Source: Phoronis australis
Lineage: Eukaryota > Animalia > Phoronida
NCBI GenBank assembly: GCA_002633005.1
Contig: NMRA01000014.1
Span: 521,898-585,897, forward strand
Direction: 5' to 3'
DNA length: 64,000 nucleotides
A model generated the notes under the pieces. It was not told the origin of the DNA. It worked only from the letters and a program-made list of their open reading frames with translations, and did not search any database. The position numbers and the translations under genes are program-made. This document shows positions 25,500 to 39,599 of the stretch, piece after piece (position 1 is the first letter of the stretch; each line of letters opens with the position of its first letter).

Positions 25500-26295
25500 T
25501 CAAAACTGATCTAAAACGGACAATGATCCCGCACTGAACCTGAGCACCTAATGACCCATGACAGTCAAATTGCACTCTGGAATGGGTCCTGCAGAAACCA
25601 AAAAATACACCCCCCCAAAATGAGCTAGCTCATACAATTGAGACACCACAAAACACCAATTCCGTATGATTCAATACAAGTCATTGATCACTGAATGCCC
25701 TATGATAGACGAAACACACATGGGGTTGTGCCCGCACAGTTTGCCATTGAAAATTTAAGCTGGATCAGATATTCGATGTACCAGCTATAAATGATTGAAA
25801 ACGAACAATAGTACCGCAACGAACACCGAATAACCCATGACAAACTGCACTCTGGAAAGCGTCCGCCAGACACCCAAAACACCCTTAAAAATGAGTTAGC
25901 TCAAACATTCAAGGTACCACAAAACCAATTCCATGTGAATAAATACATGTCAGTGGTCACAAAATGTCCTATGGAAGACAAAATACACTTTGGGTTGTGC
26001 CCACCAGAAATCCTCAAGAATCTCGACCGAGGTATGTCATCGCAAGTTTAAGCTACATTAGGTATTCGAGGTACCGGCTGACTTAAAACCAGCAATCGTG
26101 CCGCAGTGAACATCGGATGACCGATGGCAGACAAACTGTCTTCTGGAAAGGATCGTCAGAAACTCAAAACGACGCCCAAAATGGAGCTGGCTCACATACA
26201 TGTTTTTGAGGTATCACAATAAAAAATACCATGCGACTGAAATCAAAGTTACTGGTTACTCAATGGCCTGTGACAGACAAAACACTCATTCTGGG
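25500..26295 (+). repeat. About three diverged tandem subrepeats (~285-bp period) in the left arm of the foldback element
   Basis: Motif chain GCA.TGAAC...TGACC.ATG...CAAA.TG...TCTGGAA...AAAATG.G.T.GCTCA recurs at ~25530, ~25815 and ~26102. Confidence 0.7.
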
Positions 26296-26889
26296 TAGTA
26301 CGTGTCAGCCCCAGACATTTCAACCACGTAATTGTATTGAAAATATTATTTATTTATTCATGTAATATTTACGACGAGGGTAGCCCCATCAGTTCACACT
26401 GTTTTTCATTGGGACCCTCTGATATATTAAACAGATAATGAAGATCTCAGTTAAATGTTGGTAGAGTATTGCAGAATCAAGAATTTCGATAAGGACGGTG
26501 TTGTGATAACGTGCTTAGTTTGCAGTTCATGGGGAATTCTTGAATTTCCATAATACTTTTGCGTCTACTGAAATCTATCCTTGCTTAAAATAGGGCTACA
26601 CTGAGTGACAAATGGACAATGGTGGAAAGTAAGCATTTTGGAAAATAACTAGGTACTGTACAAAATTATGTTAATTCCCCATGCTTCGAGCGGTGCGCTC
26701 TTTTATCTACTAGGGGGAAGAGCGCACTCACTCGAAACGTGGGCAATATTTCAATATATTTTAGTACCGACACCCGAAGTTTTATTTTTACTATTTTCAC
26801 TATTTTATATTTTAATCCGTCGGTAATCCCTCGGCATGCCAGCATCTATTTTATTTATCTGGAAAATACCTGATGACACTAAAACTTTG

Positions 26890-27713
26890 GGACTGTTCTA
26901 AAACTCCCTCGACCCCCACACTCCACACCCCCATCGTTCCTCGACCCACGACCCCCTTGACTCACGACCCACGACCCACAACCCCTCTCTACCCAGTCTA
27001 CACGAGCACGACTATATCTGAACATAGAACAAACGTTGACTTGCAGGACCAATGAGTTTGGCCGTGAGCTCGGCTGTCTCTTCCCTGTTTTTTGCAATAA
27101 GGAGAGTCCATTCGGCAAGTTTGAAAGCCAAAAACAGAAAAAGACAACGCGACCAAATCAAATCAAAACCCTATCAAGTCACAAAGTCGGAGAATGCCAG
27201 GAACCGACAAAACTCTAATTTCATCAGTTAATACAGTTTGAAAAAAAACAAACAAACTGTTACCTAAAAAGTACCCAACTATATATGGGGAATATGGTAA
27301 ACGAGTATTAAAACAGAAAGGAAATAATAAAAATGTGAAATTATGTACCTTCACGTTAACGGACTCTCTCCCCAAGTTTAGTAGAACTGGGCCATTGGTA
27401 GCCGCTCTAGGAACTAGTTCCGTCACAACGATAGTACACTCACAATGCAGTTTCAGATCGCGTTTTTACGCCACTTTCTATTTTTAATCACCAGACTTGA
27501 GCCAGAGGAAACTGGCGTGTATAATGTCTTATGAGAACGTCACTCAGAGACGTAATGCAATTGCGATTTAAGTAAAAAGCGCGAAATAGACCTATTGCCA
27601 CAGGTCGTGGTTCGAGGGATCGTGGGTCGTGGGGGTTGTGGGTCGAGGGGGTTGTGCGTCAAGAGGGTCGTTGGTCGAGGAGTATGGGGGTCGAAGGGGT
27701 TTCAGAACAACCC
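26890..27713. mobile_element. MITE with CGACCC-rich subterminal repeats and 8-bp TSD (Merlin-like termini)
   Basis: TIRs GGACTGTTCTAAAACTCCCTCGACCCC / GGGGTCGAAGGGGTTTCAGAACAACCC; flanks aaactttg / aaacattg. Confidence 0.7.
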
Positions 27714-27998
27714 AAACATTGGGATACCAAGAATTGTCAAAAAACATCAAAACTATCAGAAAGAAAGATACTTCACCGATAACACAAGGCCCCTAAATTT
27801 GCGTTAGATCAAGGAACCATGAACATGATTTACAAAAGAGTCCTTTCATTACATAGACTGCTAAGCATTGCTTTCAAAGAAAAGCAACAGATGTCTTTTT
27901 TAAAAATCTTCTTCTATAAAACTAAACTAGAAATAGTCATCACAACACTTCCAAACAGTCACCCAAAAGTTGCAATAACATCCGTGTCGCAGGCCCTG

Positions 27999-28399
27999 GG
28001 CCCGGTCTCTAATCTTTGTACTCGAAACGAACTCGAAACTATTTTTGGCAATTTCTCTGCTCCTTTTGTGCGAACTTAAGATAATTGGTTATCAAACTGT
28101 GCTCGAATACATTATAGTTTATGCATAGGAGTTTCTACTTCAAGTTTGCCCTTGAAGACCCTTATATTCGTGCTACAAACTCGAGTAAAAACTCGAAATT
28201 TCGAGTTCAAACTCGAACTTATTGTTTTAATGTCGGGTTTACAAACTGTGAACTAAGGGCAATAAATTATCTATGTAAGTTATTGTGTACTCGAGCATAG
28301 AATAATAGACACTTATCTTGAGTTCGCCCAAAAGTAGAGTAGAAAATGCCAAACCTAATTTCGAGTTCCATTTCGAGTAAAACGATTGGAGACCGGGCC
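27999..28399. mobile_element. Harbinger-like MITE (CTG TSD); its right half is duplicated at ~28594-28779
   Basis: CTG|GGCCCGGTCTCTAATC ... GATTGGAGACCGGGCC|CTG, with internal ACTCGA repeats. Confidence 0.75.
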
Positions 28400-31300
28400 C
28401 TGATCAATGCATTGCCATTTGAGTTGGCTAAGTGGAAGGTAAAAAGCGAGTCGACCTCTTTGAAAATCCGGTGGATTATCAGCTGGCATAGTACCAGTGT
28501 GAGAAACGCAAATACAGCCATGTTAGACAGCACCGGAAGATTTCATGAAGGTGGTTTAACAAACCAGGTTTAATACTTAAATCTGCTCTTCCTAAACTCG
28601 AACTTTTAGCCTTAATGTTGGGTTTATCAACTGCAAATCAGGACTAATAAATTATCCACGTAAGTTATCATGTACTCGAACATAGAATGATAGGCACTTG
28701 AGTTCGCACAAAAGTAGAGTAGAAAATGCCACACATAATTTCGAGTTCTATTCCGAGTAAAAAGATTAGAGACCGGGTCCTGGTTTAATTTTAGACCTAG
28801 CTTGCATTTCACTTACGTAGTTTAAAAGTCTGAAAGCCAGATTTTGTTATACCACAAAGCGGGTTAATTAAAACCAGGTTTAAAATATCCAAGCAGTCCG
28901 GATTAACCCAAGCAAGGAAACCATTGAAGTGCTTCAATGAACCCTTGATCACGTGGGTATACAATGGCACATAATAGTACAATTAGTGCAGAAATTTGAG
29001 AATATGGTCTAAAAGCTTTTCTCATGAGGAATATGTTCCCACCCAGAACTGATCTTTGAAAACGCCAATGTTATAGGGGACAAGAAAACTGGTGTTAATC
29101 AAGTCAACCTAAGCAGCTTACTTGGAGTGATACTGATCCAGACTGGCTGCACAGTTACCGCAATCGGAGAAATACAGCTAAAATGATGGACAAAAATAAA
29201 ATTTCACCTGTGAAAAAATGCAAAAAACGATGAGGGACCCAATGGCAGATACAGGATATCATGACGGTAGATTTTTTTCATATTGCCATGTCTTTATCCA
29301 ACACACATCAATGTACATGTACATGTACATGCTCACGATTAGCCGCAACATGACAGAGAACCAAACTGATTCCCTTGTCATTTTAGTGTTTAATTTTTTG
29401 CGGCTAAGAGGGGGGGGCAACAGGGACCAATGGGGGTGGAACGCAACCAGAAAAATCAGAGCATGCCATCTTCAGTCAAACCCGTAGCGGTTACGACGAT
29501 GACGCCCTGCTCTATCAGTCGTATTCCGAGGAATATAAAGGACATCCTGAAACACGTACTGGTCTAAGCATATGCGTATGCATTTGGTGTTCAGTGAGGT
29601 ACTATTGTTCAGTTTAAATCAGTATTAGCTGGTACGTCGAATGTCTTATCTCGCTCAATGGCATACCGTGTCGGGTATTTTTGGGACTTTCTGGGGAGGG
29701 GTACAACTCAGAGTGTCTTTTTGGTTCCTTCCGGACCCATTTCAGAGTGCAATTTGTCTGTCATAAGTCATTCGGTGTTCAGTGCGGTACTATTGTCCAT
29801 TTTGAATCAGTTTGGCCATATCTTGTACAGGTATATCTAACCTAGCTAATTTTTTAGCCCCTTGTAAGGTCCTCAGGGGTCAAACCCAAAGTGCAGACAA
29901 CGGCAGACGTCCCTTTTTATTATATAGTGAAGTGGACTCTAAGTGCTCTTACGGTTAGATGTTGGTACCTCATTCATCTACGCTAACTACTCTGGGCTGC
30001 CGGTCTAACGTGTGGCGTTATATTTCATGGCCCTGAAAGCCGATGCATTAGATCGCTTTACAACTTTAGCAGCATAATAACTAGAACGCCAATCTTTCTT
30101 TAACCGGCAAAGATTTAAGTTTAATCAAGAAAGAGTGCAGTTTTGAATTACATTAATTTCGTGCCACATCTTATTGGGCCAGCTGTACACAGTTTTGCAA
30201 CAAGGCTAACTTTAAGAGTGCTACAACACGTTTACACTTGTGTCTAGTTTATTTTGGAAACTTAATAAATTTGCCTATTCCAGGAAAGCTAAAATAGCCG
30301 CATCTTTTCTTATGTAGGCAGTGTTTTCATCAATAGGAATGCACAATCACGTCACATTTTCTAAAATTCAGCAGGTTTTGGATTTTTTCCGACACATGAA
30401 GACGACCAAGGGGAGAAATCTAGCTTTTGAAATTTTTGCAAACGTCCGTGGTTGTACTACATGTACAACCGTTGCACCAATTGTATGCTCCAGGGGAGTT
30501 CAGTGTCCGGTTGCATGAAACAGTCCCAATTAGGGGCTCAATTAAGTTTCCTAAATCTACTGCGATGTTAGACTTGTGAAAACATCGATTGCCCTTTTTA
30601 TATTTATTTAGTTCCATTACTAAGTCAACTTTTGACTTTGATACAAATCGAGAAGAACTCTACGAGCCGGTTATCCAGAAAATTTAAACATTTCTCTTTG
30701 GTCCAAAGTCACTATTTTATTGGCACATTTGATAAAGAATGAACCAAGGGCATCTAGCAAGGTGTATTTTAATAACTTCAGGAAAACATGACCAAATGCA
30801 CAAATGTATGAAACATAAACGAATATCTGTGCAAACTTTAAAATTGCCTACTCTGGCCGAAAATTAAGCACACTAACGTTAAATTGTCAAAATCATCGAA
30901 AATGTTAGGGATCTTTTCATGCAACACCCCCAATTAAAGGACTGAGTCCCTGCTTATTTTCAGTGAACTCTGGGCTCAGTTATTATTTATATTATAAGAA
31001 AATCTCATTACACAAAGTGGAACTAATAATGAAAATGAAATGCACATGTGAGTCCATAAAGACACAACTACGCAAAAAGACCCTAGCTGAGTCTCTATTT
31101 GGGACTGTTTCATGCAACCGGCCACAGAAGGCTTAGGGTTAACCAAGTCCATGGCCAGGTAAAAATTTTTGAAACCTACGTCATAATTTACAGAGCTACG
31201 CACATAAGGCCTACTTACTATTATTGTTTTTATTTTGGGGACTTCACTCTTATTTACGGAATCCACAACGTTAAAATGAGGTCATTCAAAACAAGGAAAT

Positions 31301-34300
31301 GATTGATTACTGAAAAATGTTTTTTCTAAGAACAGCATACGGACAAAATTTTCTTCGTCTTAGATAATAACCGTCTACTAGTTTTTGGTAGCACTGACAT
31401 TTGAGTGTTTTCCTTTCCTGAAGCTGTCTTAGATTACTCCGCCGCAATTCAGTATGAAATCTCGATACGACCATGACAATCGTTTTTGATGAGAGTCCAC
31501 GGTTCATTGCATCTACGACTATGAGGAAACACGACGCTACGACGAACAGCTTTGCGAATGGTAGCCAGCCAGTTAGCTCTATGAAGGCTATCGTCAAAAT
31601 ATAGCTAGAAACTCTCGTGTTCCAAAAACCTATATACATTGTACATCGAAACTGCCAGAGTAGTTCTGTTCGTCGCTTCGTCGTGAAGCTTACGATCTGC
31701 TGGGGTGCATAAAATCTGAGAGTCAACCTACACTCATTTTGCCCATTACAGCCGTTTAAGTAGAAAGCAATCTAAAAAATACCATTTTCCTGCATAATTC
31801 TCCCCCTTTTGTAAAAAGAAAAGTATGTTATGGTTTTAAAAAGATCATACTCGTGACAACCGCAGGACATTTCCTAAATTTTGAGGTGATTACAGCTTCT
31901 TAGTAGCAAAGTCTTGTTCTGAGTTTTACTTTGCTGATATTAATATAGGAAAAGCTTATAAAGAAATGAAACCTGTTCCGATAATTTGCTGGGACAGGTA
32001 CGCAACCTCGTAAAAGAAGAGCAGTTGATTACATAAAAGATCGCTCCACAACTTCAGCAGCAGAATAAAGGTAGAACGCCATTCTTTTGTAAAAGCAGTA
32101 AATACTTTTGTCAAGCGTATTTTATTTGGTAATTTTTCCCAAATTCGCGCAAAGCGGTTACCGTATATTTAGTATACTTAGTATATTTAATATGCGGCTT
32201 TGCACAAAGGCTATGCGAATGGATGACCACTCTTGTTGGGAGGTCAGATTAGGTCATCCCCATAGGCTGGAATTGAAAAAATGTCCCTGTTTCACCTTTA
32301 TCCGGAGTCACAATGCAAACCAGGGTATGCGCACTGGGACCCACCTCGTGCACATTTTTTGCAGGCCAATGGGGATTTCTACCTCTTTGTCAATGCGAAA
32401 GGACAAATTTAATGCGCAGTTCCCCCTGCTCAACGGGTGCAAGAAAGTAAACGGTGCCGTAGGCTTACGTAATAAGCCAAATTTAGTTGGTTTAACACAC
32501 AATGACATTCTCTTGGAGAACGATTTAACATGAACAAGGGAACCGGTACATGTATACACCACTGAAATAAACCATGATGCACATACCTGTTCCAAAAAGA
32601 CACGTACAGTATAATTGCATTTTAATTGACACGGAATTTAAAGATTCTAGGAAAACATATTCACGTATCGCTACATGCATTACACACAGAGAAGATTATG
32701 CAGGTATTACATACACAGGGAAGAGTTAGAACAACTTCCCACCAATGCAACATCACGAGGACTAAAAAGTAGCAAAGCAGTGTAAATTCAAAATGAGCTC
32801 GGCTTGACTCTGTGAATACAACGCAGGGCATAGGACGGAGAATAAGGCATTTGTTGCTATAGTTACTGAACGTCAGCGGAATACAGAATTTCTTGAATGT
32901 GTGATTAGCTGCAATAAGAACGACTGCAAGAATACAAACCCACCCAGAACTCGTGTTTTGTAAATCAAGCACGTGATTTGAACTTTATAATCCACGTGAA
33001 CTCATTAACGCGCCGTTGCTGAGAAAGATACTTAAGTTGACAGGACAAACGCTTGATAAGTAAGTACACTATTGTCTAGAGATGAATGAGACTGCAGCGC
33101 ACTTTGTTCATACCATGACTATTCACTCAGCTCCAGTATGTAATGCATTTGAGCTTCCTCACAGAAATAGGTGAACCAAGCCTTAATTTAGTAGGTAAAC
33201 CAACCCTTTAAAGTATCATCAGGATACCTATCGTTGTCTGGCTCCAAAGGTCGTCTGCCATCTTCTTTCGCGTGCAGCGCAGCCACGCGGGACTTAGCGT
33301 TCCAATGCATTTACCGCCTGTTTTTTGAAACCACTTAAACACTTGAAAATTTTACTTATGCACTTTTGTTCATGTTTTTTAAATTAAAATATCTTTCTAC
33401 GGAACAAAAAATACCACCTGGGGATTCTTCATGCAAAGTATCTATTTGTTCCAGGCATTTACCGAAATCTATAAGGCCAAATGAAAAACGCCCTCTGACG
33501 AATGTAACACGTTGGGTGCTTAACAGTGTCGGTCCACACATTGGCCATCTAAATATTATCCAAAGCACAGTGCAGAGCTCACTATTAATGTTGAAATGTT
33601 TTGTTCACGGATTTTGGACTTATTTGAAAAAAGTTAAAATATTTAAATTTATAGAGAATGGTCAACAATAAATAAAACAACAGCGACCAGTGAACTGAAG
33701 ATTTTGATGTGATATTCATACTCTGAGGCGCCATGACATTTTTTCGTCCTTGCCACAAAGCCAAAGCCAGCATTCGGAAAAGTGTCTATTACAGATCGCT
33801 GTAAAGTAATAATGGTGGGCGAAAGCCAACAACTGGTGTTAAAAACTCTGACCATTTAAACGATGAATGATACAAGTTCGGTATCATGAATATGCTGTTC
33901 GTAATAAATAAGGTTACTAAAGTACAACTTGGCAATCTGATCAACACAAGGTTTTTGTCGTATAGTTGAGAAGAACCAATGGCTGACTGTCCATTTCTTT
34001 TATATAAACTTGCCAGTTAACCCTCTCGTGATTACTAGTCCACCATTTCGGCATGTGCGATCATGGTACTGAAAGTTGGCAGTATTCAATGTTTTAAACA
34101 CTATTACACTCTCCAACTCTTGTCACGAGGAGGACCCCTATACAAAGTTGAATTTTAGACCGATCTGCAGTGCCACTTTACAATCCAGCCATTAGGGCTT
34201 GTAGGCGGGTGTTACGGTATTTTCTCAGTACGGCCAGTGCTACTTTTGAACACTTCTAATGAACATAAAACGCGAATTGAACCTTCGTTACATAGGCATC

Positions 34301-35963
34301 ATAAAGATAACCTCCTACGAATAAAACATCCTTTTGATACCAGAAATAAATTAGTATATTTAATAAAATATTGTTATTGTTTATTGAATACCACAGAAAT
34401 TATTCAATTGTGACGTAAATTACACCGCCCAAAATTTTTAGACCCCTATAGCGCCTCTGAGGAATTCTCAGCCATTCAGCGTAAAATGGTACATGTGACA
34501 TCATCGTGCCAAAAAATTTTCTCCCAAGCCTTATGCGTAACAGCCGAATGCAATTTCGTGGACGTAGGCTAGTTACCAGTCTCTGGGATAAAATGCTAGT
34601 AGGGTATGTGTGCAGCAATGTAATCGGCCTTGGCATACATTTGTGCCCATTCCCCGCCCATCCCGGCATGTGCCTCGCATAAAGTAGATCCGTATCCACG
34701 ACAAGAACTGGCGACACATATCCTGATCAGCAAGGTCTGTTCTAGACTTGGTGCAAAGCTGCATACAAAACCTGACAGCTTTGCGCCAATGTGGGTAAAA
34801 ATGACCAAATGTAATCTGCCACAAAAGTAGTGTCATTAAAAGCTACACTCTTAAAGCTAAATATTTTTACCGGTGTTGAAAAAATGGCGTTCTATCGTTC
34901 ATCTACTGCTAAAATTGTAGTGCGCTCTTTTGGGTCGGCTTTCGGCGACTGCGTCACCTGACCTTGACGAGTTTGTTTTCTCCCGATTATTCTTCTATCA
35001 ACTGTACTTTGCTGCCACAATGTTGCGTACATGTCACAACAAATTATCGGAACTGGATTCAATACGTTTTACTTTTCATTATTTTAAAACCAATAAATCG
35101 AATTTTAGAACAAACTTCTCTGCTGCCAGGCTGTCATCATTTTTTAAGAGATGTCATTAATTAGAATTGGCGTATCACGAACATACTGTTTTCGAAACGA
35201 CAACTTTTCTTTGTTACAAGTCTCAAAAAACAAAGAATAATGCTAGAAAATGATGTAAATTCTTTTTCACTTAAACGGTTGCAACTAGCAACTTCAGTGT
35301 CAGAATTGATTCCCGATATTTCATGCACCCCGTCGGTTGTTGGCTCTACTGTTTAAGTTTCTCGGCGAGGTGACTAGCAGAACTCATACGCTGGCTGTAA
35401 GAAATCTCGTGGTCTAATCATAACCGAATTCAACAGACAATGGTGCCTATCTATATTTTGACAATAGTCTTCAAACAGCTAATTGACTGTGCTACAAGAT
35501 CTGCAGTGCGCATTTCGACGTTTCATGTTACAGTTCCGTCCGGTATCGGAAATCCGGCCCAAATCGGAAGATTCTGATTTGGGCCGTTCCCGTAACAGAA
35601 TTCTGATGCAAGCGGCTTATATCAGAATACATTTTTTGGTTAAATTTAACACGTTAATTACAAATGCTTGTAGTTCGGTATGTTTTCATGCAACCGATAC
35701 TTTGTTCCATAGTTTTAGTACATTACAGATAATCACAACGCTGTGTTGCTTTTAAATTTTCAATCTTTGAGTAAATTTAAACGAGTCTATATTAACAGCG
35801 GCGTAGACTACGGATTGCAGGATTTCAAGGCGAATTATTTTGAAATCCATTTTTCTAATAAAAATTTCGATGAATTTAAACATGATTGCTTCGTACGAAA
35901 AGATCGAACTAATACATGTTGTAACTGTCCATGTGTTTTGTGCAAAATTAAACAGCCTATTGT

Positions 35964-36631
35964 TTTTGGCTAATTCACATGAATAATTACGTGCACATTA
36001 TTTCTTTGGTTCACTATTATAGTCTTTTCGTGACTGGAGGCTTAGTTTCCAACTCAATGTGGTTTATGTTCGTGCCTGTCCCGGCGGCCGCGACGGCTCT
36101 GATCAGGTTCCGAGCCACTGGCCGGAATCAAAAGCGTTCTGTGTGTATAGAATTAAAAAAATAATATCACAGGTATAACAACACATATCTTGGTTCTCCT
36201 GTCTGTATTTCACGGAAGAATACTTCGAATTTATCTCCGAACAGACCCCAAACTCCTCAGTACTACGGACCTTGGTAAATTGGCCAGCCGATCTTTGAAG
36301 GCTACGGTGTGTCCAAATACCAGTAAATCCGTAACAGCGAAATAAAACAAAACGTTTTTATAAGAACTTGGTGTGTTTTTAAAGGTTTTACATCGAATTT
36401 TGACGATTTATTGGTGTTAAACGATGAATTCAAGCGATAAGATGACACCAGTAACCCGTGTTGTGAACTTCTGAACAGACTCCGTGTGAAACCAATTACG
36501 TCATTGGATAATTTCAACACCTCTGTTTGCCGTCAGGTGTTACGTTACGCAACCGAACATGCCGTTGTCGAATAGAACTACTCGATCTAAATTGATACAA
36601 AATAGATTGTTTTTTTGGGTTGCATTCTGCT
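35964..36631 (+). mobile_element. Kolobok-like family, copy 3 (right-end fragment)
   Basis: Collinear with 52868-53571 and with the reverse complement of 1-240. Ends GGGTTGCATTCTGCT|TTAA. Confidence 0.8.
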
Positions 36632-36635
36632 TTAA

Positions 36636-38470
36636 GGAAAATGGCCGAGAACAAGTGCTGACAGTGTCTTAAAAATGTGCATAGCAACCTGCAATGGGGC
36701 TTTTCGGGGAATTATCGCGGTGTCGTTGCTGTACTAGTGGTGATTGAATTGCGCATGCGTCGCTGTCTGCATTTAAACAGCTGGTAAAAAGACGGAAATG
36801 TTATCAAAATAACGTCGTCGCACTAAGCCTCATTATTGCTGTTTTGCTTGGTGCAAGTCTTCAACAGGTGGTCACAAATTCAGGCTACTACATTCGTGAA
36901 GAATTGCGGTCAAAGGGTCAACCAACTGACAAAAAGTGTGTGGATGCCGAAGCCCCGTGTGTGCTCTTTGCATTTCCTTTGGGAGACTACATACTGTAAC
37001 GTTACTTGGTAAGTTTTTAGCAACCAACTTTTTTTTCGACATCCTTCGGTGATGTTATCCCCACCAGTTACCCCACTGAATAATTTATTGAGTGGAATTG
37101 AGTGTTTCTTTTCGGAAACTCACCCGGTACTCGGATGCCGGGTAGCCTAGCAGCACATAATCACATATTGTCCTGGGTGGGAATGCGCCCAGCATAAAGA
37201 GGTGTATGGTACATGTACGTGACGCTCAGAAACCAAAGGTGTCTTTTTCATAGCACTTTCTCTTCAAAGCTATGCTATGTCCAAAAAAAATCCTCTACAT
37301 GAGTGAGTTTCCTTATTTTATAGCGACTCCCACCCCAGGACTACCGGATAAGCTGCCTAATTAACATGAATAAGCTATTCAATAAATGTCGTAACATTGC
37401 ATTAGAATGAAAATTGACACCTAGAATGAATTTTACTTGTTGAGATCAAAAGCACATTCTAGGTGTCATGAAAAATACAAATTGTTAAATCACTTTAAGC
37501 CCGTGTCACAAATTTTAATTCAGGTCTTCCATAGGACTTGGGTACAAAGATTATTAGTCTCTTCATATAAACATGAAGATGAAACGTAAAGTATTTTCTG
37601 CCTTACAAAAGTAGTTTTGTATGGTGTTTTCTTTTATAATTTTCTAATATTTCTCTGACTATTCTGTTACAGGAGAGAGAAAATGACCGAAACAAGCCGC
37701 CTGACCGTCTATTTTACCTTCAGCAATAACCTGAGAGAATTGAACCTAATTCAGAAATTCAGAGCTTAATATGCCTGATTATGGACTCGATTGCATTGGG
37801 AAAATTACAATTTTTTAACACAGTTGTTTCTTTGTATGTGTGAGGTTATTTAGTTAGCCATTTTGTTTTTAAATGCACTGACAAGTTTTTATTCTCAATT
37901 CTTGTGCATAGCAGATTCTTATCCAGCTAGCTACATTTGAAAACACACTTTTCTTGTATGTGGAACTTTGTTTATAAACAAGTTAACTCAAAACTTAAAA
38001 TTGTTCAAAGAGCTTCTTAAGAAAGCTCATGCAAACAAAGGGAATAGTTCGTTTTGATCGCTGCACCATTTCTATAGGTCAACAGGAAAATGACAATTCG
38101 CAAGCGTATTCGGTAATCATTTAAGTTTTATGAAGAATAAGCACAAATGCACTGTACATGTATGGGGCTTTAAAAACTGAAGAAGTATTGTGGGTTCAAT
38201 AATTAGTGACAAACTTGCCTGTTGATGAAAAATTTATTCGATCACTGAAGTGTAACATTAACTGGCTCTCTACTGACAATAAGACAATCGATGGCGTCAC
38301 TGAATGTCATTTCGCCATAATTTGTGCCAAGTTGAAAAGTTTTTACCATTAGTATAAACCCTTTTTTCTGAAAGGATTAAAGTTAATGTCACTCAGTGAT
38401 AAAGGACAATTACTTATACCTAATGCTTTTCTTCATTTCACTGGGATCTAGTTTTAAATGTCCTATAGAA
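36636..38470 (+). mobile_element. Decayed THAP-transposase element with a spliced THAP gene (ISL2EU/Kolobok-type); right end not defined
   Basis: Begins TTAA|GGAAAATG. Exon-like 36800-37008 reads ...KSVWMPKPRVCSLHF with GTAAGT donor. After ttacag at ~37672 it reads GERK*PKQAA*PSIL (AVPSIF-like box). SLSDKGQLLI at ~38390 resembles the helix-turn-helix of DDE_Tnp_4-type transposases. Confidence 0.5.
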
Positions 38471-39599
38471 GCGCTTGTAAAAAAGGTCCTGTTTGGGCCA
38501 GTGGCTTTCCTTCTGGTAAACTCATTCGGCCTCAATAGCATCCAAAATTAGATCCTTGAAGGAGTACACAAAAGAATATCACTTGACTCGTTTTGTGCCC
38601 AAAATCTGACTCTGAACTAGACCAGAGTGTCACTACGTCTTCTTTAGCTTCAGTTTCTCGTGTTTCTTCCAGGAAAGGTAATAAGATATTGTCCATAAAT
38701 GACTCATTGCCTATGAAAGGGCATCCTCACCAACGAAGCTGACTTGTGTAGCAGTCAGATATAGCTCCTCTTTCTCCTCCTTTTCTTCATACACGTCCAA
38801 TCCACCGGCAAATTGTCTTATGGTAACGTAGTACTGCGATTCACATTTCTCCAGGGCAGCTGACTTTTACATTGTGCCATGCAACACTGCTGGTGTGTGG
38901 AAATGCTCTGGGAAAGGAGTAACAAAGCTTGTCTATGTTGAAACTTGAAGTGGCCTTAAAATGTCGCTGAACCTGAGACAAATATTGAAATATGAATAAT
39001 TTGGTACTCCAGGTTGTGTTAAAAGTGCTACCCCTGCTGTTTTCAAAAAAATGATACGGTGACTGCTCTACAATTTCACACAAACTTAAATAATAACTAT
39101 TTTCAGAAAGCAAGGGTGTATATTGTATAAAACTGTGTCTTTATTTTTCACTCGTAGCCACAACAATTCTTTAAACGCATCACTTAACTGCAAAATATGC
39201 AAGTTCTTTGAGACAATTTCAAACCTTTGTTACCCATTTTCAAGCCTTTTTATTTTTGATACTTTCAGCAATTTTGAATTCCGATTAGAGAACCAAGGGT
39301 CTGTTAAGCATATTTCTATTCTAAAGCTGAAGGAACCGTATCTCAGACTTTTTATTTTTCTTCTAATAGAAGACATGAAGACTTGGGTCATGTTGTTTAA
39401 GAGTAATTATAAATTGTCAGTCACCATCAAAAATTCTATTTTCACAAAAATAGCAGTCATTTGAATTTATAAACGACTTGCAACATTTCAAGGCATGAGT
39501 TAAGACTATTCTGTCACTGAGAATTCAGTAAATGTAATGTATTTTTATGGGTATACAATTGATAGCACAAAAGTTTCATGAAATAAACTTAAAGGAACG

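Larger units (their letters stand above)
25317..30005. mobile_element. Foldback-type element with long imperfect TIRs and TA target duplication
   Basis: TA|GACCGGCAGCCCA...TGGGCTGCCGGTC|TA. 25317-~25610 is the reverse complement of ~29700-30005. Confidence 0.8.

Noticed and set aside
31307-32972. Several 95-141 aa ORFs on both strands
   Set aside because: No recognisable domain and no consistent exon chain.
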